Assembly (NCBI GenBank): GCA_043228905.1
Contig: JBHGNT010000022.1
Location: forward strand, 2,790,001 to 2,854,000
From: Azolla caroliniana
Taxonomy: Eukaryota > Plantae > Polypodiophyta
Direction: 5' to 3'
Length of the DNA stretch: 64,000 bases
The first letter of the stretch is position 1; every line of letters begins with the position of its first letter. Positions 50,110 to 60,433 of this stretch are shown here, piece by piece. Both the position numbers and the translations under genes were made by a program. Below the pieces are notes generated by a model, which did no database searches, had not been told where the DNA came from, and was given only the letters and a program-made list of their open reading frames with translations.

Positions 50110-53100
50110 TTTTTACCATAAAATATATGCTCCATTGGTATTAATAAAAGGCCCGGAGGCAGTATACAAATAGTACATAATATTGTTTCATCTCCACAAA
50201 TATATATTATCAAAAAACAAAACCAAATATAAGCTTTGGCATTTATCAAGATACTGCTAATTATAATCCATGAATATAACTCTCAACCTTGTCACTAACA
50301 CCTTTACTAGGTAGAAGACCACATTTAAAAACGAAAACAATCTCCAACCTAGTTGTCCACCCTGGCTGGTAGTTTGAAAACTTCTTGTTCGCCTTTTGTT
50401 TCGTATGTACTGAAGACCATAACCAACATATAAACAACATCCACGAGTATCCAGCTTTTTCGATGGTTCAATCCCAGAAAGACCAACATCTTTGAAGGAG
50501 AGGGTGACCATGTCACCAAATGAACCACATAATAACACCTCCTCAGAAAACTTGTCTTTTACATGATATTCCATGTCCTCTATCTTCCCAATCATATATG
50601 TCAGGTCAGGATGTGTACTTCATGTTCGCCTTTTGTTTCAAATGTACTGAAGACCATACCCCACATATAAACAACATCTACGAATATCTAGCATTTTCGA
50701 TGGTTCAATCACACAAAGACCAACATCTTTGAAGGAGAGCAGGTGACAATGTCACCAAATGAGCCACATAATAACACCTCCTCAGAAAACTTGTCTTTCA
50801 CATGATATTCCATGTCCTCTGTCTTCCCAATCATATATGTGAGGTCTGGATCTGGAAGAAGATTCACAATCCCAACATAAACACTTGCGAACAAATCAGA
50901 ACTGATTCCAGCATTTCTGAATACTGTTGGGGAGAAATAAAACACAACATTGATTCCAGAGAGTTGTTGCAAAACAAACATGGTTGCTCCAATTGACCAT
51001 TTCGGGCTCTTAGAACAGAACTCCATCCCAACTAAGAGCACTGCAGCAGGCTAGATGGATATCCAAAATCAATTCCTCCAACAGCCAGGAACAGTTTGTA
51101 CTGGAAGCCCAATTACCAGGGCACAAAGTATTCCAATGCATGTAGCAATCTAGCAGAGACTACCGTTAGAGACTACCATACGTTCCATTCCTGTACCTAC
51201 TCATAATATTCTGCATCACCCCCCACACCGTCTTCTCTCATCCTTATCCCTCAAAACAATTTTGCTTCTTAAGTCCACATCAACCATCTCGTCGATTACC
51301 ACCAAATTCCTATATACATAATAACAAAGTGATTATAAAATGTTTCCTCATCCCCTCATATATTTGCTTCAACCCCCACACCATCGTCACTCATCCTCTC
51401 ATTTGGGAAACCCATCCTAACCAATGTTCCCTCCATAAAATCCCAGTCCACTTTGTCATAAGCCTTTTCAAACTCTAGAAATAACACCACTAAGTCTTGG
51501 TCACGCAATTCCGCAAAGGCAACCATTTTCCAAAAGAGAATAATGTTATAAAAAATACTTCTCTCTTGTATGAAACCAGTCTGAGAATCATGAATCAGTT
51601 CCGACAGATAAGGCTGTAGCCTTCTAGCTAACGTTTTTGCTAATATTTTATAAATAACATTCAACAAGGTAATTGGTCTCCAATGTTGAAGTTCTTCTAA
51701 TTGTCCACTTGATTTAGGGATCATATAAATTAAACCCTCCTTCCATTCTTGTGGCATATTTCCCGAATCTAATATCTTTTGGTAGGCTTTGGTCAATCCA
51801 TCACCTATCAAATCCCAATATTGGATATACCAATGGACTCCCAACCCATCCAAGCCAAGACAAACATATTTAGTTAGGGCTTTAGTAGCTTTAAAAACCT
51901 CTTGGGAATTTAGCGGTTGTAAAAGACAATCTATCAGTTGTCCAGATACCCTATTCTGAATCTTTGACCATATGATGTCCCTTTTAATCAAATCATCCTT
52001 AGAAAATGATCTGGATTTCAACAAAGTCTCATAATAATCTGAGGGTATTTCCCTCATCTGACTAGAATCCGTGGTATAAGAGCCGTCCTAACATTTTAAC
52101 CAAGAAATCCTAACAGTTGTCTTATGATGATTATGCACTACAAAAAACAATTTATTTACTTTATCTCCCGATTCTGCCCATGAAGACGATATATTATGAT
52201 AATTAAAATCCGCTGAAATCTTTTGTAATTCCAATATCTGGTTCCCTACTTGTATCACACGGGAATTTATATACCTCGAATATGGTCTTCTCTCTTGTAG
52301 GTGTTGCAAAGATTTCAACCGCCTACGAAGTCTTCCTATTTTAGTACAAGACTCATAAAATACTTGTTTAGCTTTACAATGAAAAAATTGTTGTGTTTCA
52401 CTAAGAGCCTTTTGAACACTAGATAATGCATAATCATATGAATAGTCATATTTGTTCCAAATATTATGCACACTAGGAGCATAATCTTGTCTAAGAAACA
52501 CATGATTCGGAATTCTAAACCTAGAATTTCTATATTGCTCTTGCAAGACTATAACTAACCGAAGTGGTGCATGATCGGAAAAGGAAAAGGAAGGTAAATT
52601 TCCAATTGAACCTCCTTTGTCCCACAAAAATTTATCCGCATAAACTCTATCTAACCTAGACAAATTGGGATGTGATTGTTTTCTATCCCAATGTGAATAA
52701 GCTAAGGAATCTTGCATGCGTTCAAAGGAAGACACATGCCACAAGTCCATTAAACCTAAAGAAAAGATCAACTGTCCACATTCATATAATTCTGAACCAA
52801 ATAATGGTTGAAATGTGCCTCCTAACCTATCACACGCATCCTCCAACATATTAAAGTCACCCGCAATTGCCCAATGTTCAACAACTGGTAACTATGGCAT
52901 TATGCTCTTCCATAATGCCATTCTATCTCTTGCATGATTTGGTGCATATATATTCAACAAACCCCACGTCTTTGAACCGATTTGAAGAATTATATACTGT
53001 CCTCTACCACAAGCCAAAACTCCATAATGCGAGAAAGGAGACCACCAAATATCGCTTATTGCTATGCAAAGAACTGCTTTCAAACTATTATCCCGAGTTG

Positions 53101-54794
53101 CAGGCATCCGGAATTGTTTCCACTGGCCTGGTAACAAATTTCCATATTTTTGAATTCTTTGTTCATTTAAATGATGCTTTTGAATAAGCAAAACATCAAT
53201 CCTACCTATCAAACATTTCCTTACCTGACGATGGAAAACACTCCTTACCTTACAACAATGTTTACCTCCTAAACCCCTTACATTCCATGAAATAAGATTT
53301 AACCTATCCATCATTCCTGTTTTGCCCTCCTACTCTTCTTTCGGCTAGTGCACCTTCTCTACCTTTCCTTCCATCCTCCACGGCCCTTAATTGTCTCCTA
53401 TTTGACCAAATGTCTTTTCCGGAAAACTTATGGGCACGCACTGACAAATGTTTATTTGCTATAGAGACCCTATCGGAAGACTTAGCAGCTGTAAAAGCCG
53501 CTATATTGCCACAATCCATATCCGTATGTGATGTGTCTACCTTGACCACTTCCTTTGTTGTAAGCTCATTCAATACTATGGACCTATTATCTTGTTGTTC
53601 TTTATGTAAAACCAATTGTTTGTCCTTACTTGATTGATTATTAACCCTAGAAAAAGATTCTACCATTTGCACCATATTTGTATTATGATCCAGCTGATGC
53701 TCCATTGTGCCAACTGGGATGGACAAACCACCATCCACTTTACTACTCCCTGCTTCTTTTTCAAGTGTCTATAAAGATTGATAAGGATTAGCCTCTAGTA
53801 GTAATAGTGGATTAATTACCTTATTAGTCGGTTTAAAAACATGTTTATTAGACACTATAGACTAGCCGTCTTTACTAACATGTTGTCGAGTAGTTGGATG
53901 AGCATCAACATTGACATTCGAGTGTCTCTTTTGACAATCTTGACCTAAATGCCCAAACTGTCGACACACAAAACATTGATCGGGCAAACCTTGATAATAT
54001 ACCTTTTGTATAACCGGTGGTTTATTTATAAGTAGATTAGGTAAAGAAATAGTTGTTGGCAAACGTATAGATCTTGGTGCGATTATCCTAACTGCAGGGG
54101 CCCCACCCGCTCTATCTACTCCATAATCTTGTCCGTTACGCATAGCAATAACCTTACCGAACATCGCCCCAATACGAGGAAGAACATTCCTCCATTCCTT
54201 TCTCAATCCAGGAAATATTGCCGTAAAAACCATAGTAGAAACTTGATCTTGCAATATGTCATCTACCTTAATATTATGCGACCATTTATGAAAAAAGAAC
54301 CACGCACCTTCCACTCCAGCCTCCTTAATTGCCAATAGCTTTGTGACGGATTCCTCATCGACAAACTCCACATGATAGCATCCTCGAGACATGAATTGAA
54401 TGTCGACAATGTTATCTGTTTCCTCCGAAAAGGCAACGTACAAAGTATATCGAAGCTTTGATCTATTCAATCTCGCACCCTGTACCTACACTACCAAAGA
54501 AACCTGTAAACGTTGTACCTCTCCCAAGACTGTGATTTTATCCTCCTCCGACAACAGTAGGTCGACTTGCTCATCACAAAGATGAGGCAAAAGTTGGGGG
54601 GTTACATTGGACTCCCCTGTACGCATGTATGGTCCAGCCACAGATGGAACCTGTGTCTCATCCGCCGTCGACCTCCTGCTCGTGGTGGAACCAGCTTGCA
54701 CTATGGCGGCACTGTTTGTGCCACACGCGACCTGCTCACTTTCTGCCTGCTGCACCTGCTGCATCGTTCGCTTCTAGTGTTTACTATATCTATC
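50110..54794 (-). mobile_element. L1-clade LINE: ORF1 about 53304-54764, ORF2 endonuclease and N-half of RT about 51390-53314, captured gene piece, short poly(A); TSD ATGTATCAACAATG(TT)
   Basis: ORF1 has a DUF4283-like region and CFVCRQFGHLGQDC. ORF2 has SWNVRGLG, NIYAPN, SRLDR, SDH, WRPITLLNVIYKILAK and FEKAYDKVDW. TSD at 50094-50109 and 54795-54810; T-run at 50108-50114. Confidence 0.88.
50390..51166 (-). pseudogene. Processed, internally deleted fragment of an MFS sugar porter (pGlcT/SGB1-like) inside the LINE
   Basis: GSLC*IATCIGILCALVIGLP..WR..FW..PAAVLLVGMEFCSKSPKW is fused directly to IGATMFVLQQLSGINVVFYFSPTVFRNAG (sugar-porter QQLSGIN motif). It has stops, no introns, and an ~240-bp tandem duplication (about 50390-50612 vs 50625-50852). 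Confidence 0.85.
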
Positions 54795-55574
54795 ATGTAT
54801 CAACAATGTTGTATGGTCTTGGTCATATTTGAACTCGAGACGTCGAGAACAAATGCATTGAACACTTGAACTAACCAAATAGGTTGCTTGTGTTGAATGT
54901 TGAATGTTTTATGCGTATCAGAGATATGCGAGGCATTTGCCCATATATGTTTTTTTAAAAGAAACATATATGTCAAGAGTCCTTATTTCCCTCTCGTTTA
55001 CCACAAACTATGTTGGTACGTTACCTAACCTCAAGTCTCATAATTACGATGGCATACGCCAAAGTGCAACCTAATGCTCAAGCCAAATGAGCCCTCTTTT
55101 TGTAGTAAGCCCACGTGGCCCATCACATGGTTACGTCATTACGAATGCCTTTCGTAAGAATGATCTCAAGGTGGCATCGTATCCATGTAATGAGGGAGGG
55201 ATGTTGAATATGTGTGTCATAGGAGCGACCTCACATGAAGTGGGTCAAGCCCTACGTTCTCACCATCATTGTGGCTATCGTCGTTTCGTTATGTAACGAA
55301 ATCAAAGTGACCAACGGGGATGTCAACAAAAAAGATTGTTGAAAAAAGGATGGTGACTAAGCCATTCTCAAAAAAATGTGAGGACGACCACCAAGATCCT
55401 TTCCCCGAAAAGGACAACATTCGATATAAAGATCACACAATATCAAATATACAAATATGTTTATTTATCAGATATATACGATCAAATACGTATACACGAG
55501 ACCACATATGCATATATTAAAAAATCGTAACATCAAATAGCCAACCTATGATGAAATCGAGACATGTAATCAAG

Positions 55575-55830
55575 GCATATAGCCTCTACGCACACGAAAA
55601 ATCCAAAATTAAGGGTTAATGGCAATATGCAATTGAGTTATTGACCTCTTACGCATACGACACCAAACACATATCATTTACAAAAAATCGAGGTATTGAC
55701 CTCATACACATACGTAACATATGTATGTGAACGTAATACGCAATTGAGGTATTAACCTCGTACGCATACGACACTAATCACATATTAAATATATGTCAAA
55801 TGAGGTATTGAACTCATACATATATGTAAA
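55575..55830. repeat. Degenerate ~56-bp tandem repeat in the 5' leader of element E
   Basis: gaggtattgacctcatacacatacg recurs near 55635, 55690, 55745 and 55802. Confidence 0.7.
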
Positions 55831-58800
55831 CGTTTTATACAACCAATTAATTACCACTACAACATCATTGAGTCAATGAAAAAAATAATTCATATTGACC
55901 ATATACATGATTAGATGGGAGAAGAAAAAATACAAAAAAAAAACAAGAAAGAGTTATCGAAATTCCTTTGTCGATCGCTATCTGGATCAAGGTCGACTGC
56001 ACATCGATCGATCACCATCCATCAAGAAGACAAAAACAAACAAAGGAAACATTAGAAACATAAGCTTTGATACCAACTGTTAGAGTTATGATCTAGAGTA
56101 AGCATATGATAAGGATAAAAGATAGATAGATAGAAAGAAGAGAGAGAAAGAAGGGTGCCGACCCACCTTACCACCCCTGAGCGAAGGGATTGAGATGGAC
56201 TCGAGCCTCGATCGACGTCCCATAGCACTGTCGTGACGTCGAGTTGTACCTGGTGCTGGCGCGCTCGCTACAAGAGTTGACCCACCATGGGCCATATATC
56301 GGCGTAGTCAAGATATGATGAAATGAGGGTAGCTAGGCCTCATATTTATTGCGATACCCAAGGCCCCCAGGCAAGTTCACACTTGGCCTAATGGGTTGTC
56401 TCAATTCCGAGGATTAAAAGTAATCCTCCCCTTCTTTACACTCTCGTTTAACCCTCACACTTATCCACGTGTATAGAATACTATGGTAAATTTTTACCAC
56501 GGGATATTATATGGTCATGCCCGTAACAGAACACGAATTGGATTGATGCGAATGTGTACATTGCCTCAAGGTGCTACAAATTTTGTAGCACATATGGTGA
56601 ATGCTATGAATAAAATTTTAAGAGATTGTTTGTCAAAAATAACTATGCCTTTTCTAGATGATGTTCCAATTAAAGGATGCTCGATGAATAAGAAGGATGA
56701 AAAACTCATGCCGAACGGAGGTAGAAAGTTTGTTGTAGACCACATTGATGCTTGTGAAAGAATCCTTTCAAGGTTAGAAGAGGTCTTACATTTTCAGGTC
56801 AAAAATCTATGTTTGGGGTTCTCGAAGTTCTGATTGTAGGGCACATGTGTGGACCCTATAGAAGAAAGCCATCCCCAATTAAGGTAAATGCAATTCAAAA
56901 TCTAAAGGATGATTGTAAATCTCTAACAAAAGTGCATAGGTTTTTGGGTGCTTGTGTGTTTTACTGAATTTGGATTCCACATTTCACACATATGGCTGCT
57001 CTGCTTTATGGGTTGCTTAAGAAGAATTCAAGTTTCCTTTGGACTAATGTACATACAGATGCAATTTGCCAACTAAAGGAAATGTTGTTGAATGCCCCTA
57101 TTTTACGGAAGGCTAGGTATGATAGTGAACACCCCATCTTTGTTACTATGGATACAAGTCCAATCGGGATCGGTTGGGCTGTTAGCCAAGAAGAGAAGGA
57201 TGGGTTGAGATATGTAGTTCGATTTGGTACAAATTTTTTAACAGAACGCCAAAGAGCTTACCCACAAATTAAAAGAGAGTTATGGGGTATGTTAACAACT
57301 ATTAAAATAGATCGTGAATACTTAATTGATGTTGAAGTTGTGGTTGAAATAGATTGTCATCCATTGCTAGGAATGATTTCAAGTTGTGAAACATCTGATA
57401 TACCTATGCTTAGATGGATAGCTTACATAAAATCACTATGTCCTGAAATCAAGCACATTGCAGGAACGGATAACCCAGTTGCCGATATGCTCTCAAGAGC
57501 GAGGTTTAAAGGTAAAAATACTATGGTAATGACCGATGAAGAAGATGAGAGTTTTGATTTCTTTTCCATAAATTCTAACTTGAAGGGGTCATGTGATTTG
57601 GGTGTTCATGTTATTCTTCGTGAATCTGAGTACGAGGGGGAGATGTTACAAATTGGAAAATACTTGAGTGCTCATGAGAAAGATGGAACATGGTCAAGGG
57701 AGCTATTTCATAAAATAAGAAAGAAAGCTTATAAATTTTTTCTTCATGAGGGATATCTTTGGAGACATCCAAAAGTTGTGAAAGGGATTCCGCAAAGAGT
57801 GGTTGGAAGAAGGAAAGAGCAACAGAAACTAATATATGAATTTCATGATACTTTATGGGCAGGTCATTGTGGAGTTCGGGCCACCTATTCGAAATTAAAA
57901 GAGAAGTTTTGGTGGGTTGGAATGTACAACGATGTTGCAGATTATGTACAATCATGTGAGAATTGCTAAATGTATTCGAATATTCGGCATCGTGATGGGT
58001 TGCAACCTACTTATTCTTTATCTCTACATTATAAATGGGTTGTGGATATTGTAATGATGGTTGTAGGAGTTTGGCAAATGAGATATCTTGTATTGGCAAG
58101 AGAAGATTTGACAAATCAAGTGGAAGGCCGAGTCCTATGCCAAAAAACCACTTCAGTTGTTTGTAAGTTTCTACTTGAAGATGTGATATGTAGGTACAAG
58201 TGCATTAGGAAGATTGTTGTAGACAGAGGAGAACTAGATTCTAATGATGCTGAACAATTTTTTTCAAGAATGGGAATTCGACTGTCCTTAACTACGACGT
58301 ATAACCCTGAAGCTAATGGGAAGGCTGAGCATGGACATAGCCCTATAGTAAAAGTTTTGGTGAAAGCTTGTGATGGCTAGATAGCTAACTGGCCTCATCT
58401 GTTACCGTATGCACTATGGGCTGACTCGCAAATAAGTGAATAAAAATGCAACTTATTTCCTAACTGAAATGGATGGAGTTGCTTTAAAGTTACCAATTGC
58501 AGGAAAGCGAATTAAGCTATTCAAGAGAAGGGAAGATCAAAGCACTAACTTCCTCATCGAAGATGACATCCATGAAGCTGAAGATGGCGGCATTCATTGG
58601 CGCATACCAGAGGATGCGCAGGTCTAGAGGGGGAGGATGTCGTGACGTTTCCATGCCACGATGAGAAAATAACCTCTACCAATTTATATGAGCTTAGGCT
58701 AGGTCATTTGTTCTTTTAAAGCTATATTTTAATGTTTGTACTTATGCCATGTATATTTTCATACATGAAAGCTCAAATGAGTGGGATGTCTATCATGCAT

Positions 58801-60104
58801 CACATGTAATGCATGAACGCCAAATGGCGATCATGCATCACATGCATCATATGCATGGGGGCACCTATTTAAAGAGGGAATGGGAAAAGGGTGAGGGGGG
58901 AACATGAGACGAAGAATATTATTGTAATAGGAGGGACAAGCTATATTATTGTACAAGAATATTTTGTAATCATCTTCAAATATCAATACAAGTTATTTCT
59001 GTTTCTCCTCTTTCTTTGACAAGAAGCCCGGTGCTTACTTCTTGGATTCACGATTTTCTTTTCGTTTGCTCTCGTACGCCGAGATCGATGCGACACCGCT
59101 TAGCTTAATCACATAATTAGGTACTAATTAACCCGTATTTAATTACCTAATTCTTAACAATTACATAGACAAAGTCGTGGGTTTGAAACCCATCTTGACT
59201 TGACATATATATATATGACAATCTTCGGCTAACATGCCGATGAAGAAGACTCTTTTTGAGATCAGGTACGTTGAGTGACAAGCTCAACATGGGCTGAATT
59301 GGCTGAAAAAGCCAATAACCAAATCGATTGAGGAGAATCAACCGAAGAAGCCGACGGGCCGTTAGGGCCAATATTCCTATTCTTAGTAATAGGAATATTA
59401 TAGGCGGTTAGTGTCACATGCTCACTTATGAGCATTAAAATACTTGCCAGTACTTGAGTCAACCCATTGTCAGGGGCTTGTATAAAAAGGTGCTCATTGA
59501 GCACATTGTAATGTAGTGTGTACTGAACTGAGCATTTTGTAATAGAAGTTTTCTTGTTGTCTATTCGACTCAGTCACTCAATCTCTCTTTATGTCCTTAC
59601 CTTCATACTTACATACTCCGTGTTTACCTGATTGCTGGCTTAGTCAATGTCTAAAAGCTTCTGCATACTTCAATTCTTCACATGGTATCAGAGCTAGAGG
59701 GTTGACAAGATCCTTTATAGTCGACAAGCGAAACCTTGAATAGATAGAGCCTTTAATCTTTCGGACAAGAGAAGAGACGGGAACATGGATAAAATTATGG
59801 GGAGTTCCTTGCCGACCAAAAAGCTCGACATGAACAACTACACATCCTGGGAGTACAAGATGCACTGGTACCTACTTAGTCACGAGTATTGGAGTTATGT
59901 TGAAGGTGCAAACGATGTAGCTCTAGAGCTGACGAATAGAGATTTCCCAGCTTGGGAGCAGGCAACAAGCCACGTCTTGTACTGCATGACATCTTGTGTC
60001 CACGACCAGATGCTAAGCTACATCAAGGATGCGAAGTTGGCGAAGGAAGCTTAGGGGAATTTGAAGAAGATCTTCGTCGCAAGCACCACAACCCAGAAGT
60101 TGCA

Positions 60105-60381
60105 TGTTGAGAATCAAACCCAACTTCCCTAGTGTGGGAAAACACCTTAGTATACTCAAGTGTGTGAGCACCCCACCTCCTAGTATAGTAACTAGTGTGT
60201 GATAGAACTTTAAGGTTCTATGACACATATTTAGTAGATAGTTAAGTCTCGACCTCTTTTGTTAGTGGTGGTTATAGTGTGAGAACATGGAGAGAATGTG
60301 ACTACATAAGAACCTTCTCCTCTTCTTTGTAATGTTGGTTGTCTTATTCTCTTGTTAATACAATTTTCTGTATAACTCTGT

Positions 60382-60433
<52 letters not shown>

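Larger units (their letters stand above)
38520..56528 (-). mobile_element. Degenerate chromovirus-type Ty3/gypsy element E: LTRs 38520-38971 and 56078-56528, TSD GAACA, PBS-iMet 56064-56075; hosts F, G and the LINE
   Basis: GAACA at 38515-38519 and 56529-56533. TGGTATCAAAGC on the minus strand, PPT 38972-38987. RT FVDD, INT HPQSYGQTER, KLAPRF, and chromodomain-like PKRILDVKTK...FKIKW...DATWE. Confidence 0.92.
35461..59159 (+). mobile_element. 5'-truncated, AT-rich Ty3/gypsy element D (lineage of F): gag-PR 35461-36682 + 37364-37416, pol 37413-38519 + 56534-58627, PPT 58626-58637, 3' LTR 58638-59159
   Basis: HWARATTETPVK, ALIDHGSKINL, TKYKTIDKKVKPV, MPFLDD and LAREDLTNQVEGR all align by eye with F. 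Reading frames rejoin across the TSDs of the inserted elements. Confidence 0.88.
23999..59220 (-). mobile_element. Deleted Tcn1-like chromovirus A: 3' LTR 23999-24407, chromodomain end about 24420-24545, further LTR pieces 24546-24741 and 59160-59220; TSD ATCTT
   Basis: TGTCA...TGACA termini. ATCTT at 23994-23998 and 59221-59225. Minus strand reads YPISEATWELTQHLKHAPDVVRAFHKRYP. The LTR shares motifs with element C. The two partial LTR pieces overlap by about 45 bp, so the history is more complex than a single insertion. Confidence 0.72.
23761..60104 (+). mobile_element. Ty1/copia element J. Its 5' LTR is split (23761-23998 + 59226-59682) by the 35-kb nest; PBS-iMet 59683-59694; gag fragment 59785-60104
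   Basis: TG start at 23761. The CA end at 59682 is followed by TGGTATCAGAGC. Copia gag motif KLDMNNYTSWEYKM. The two halves join at the ATCTT duplication. Placing the LTR start at 23761 is an inference. Confidence 0.7.
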
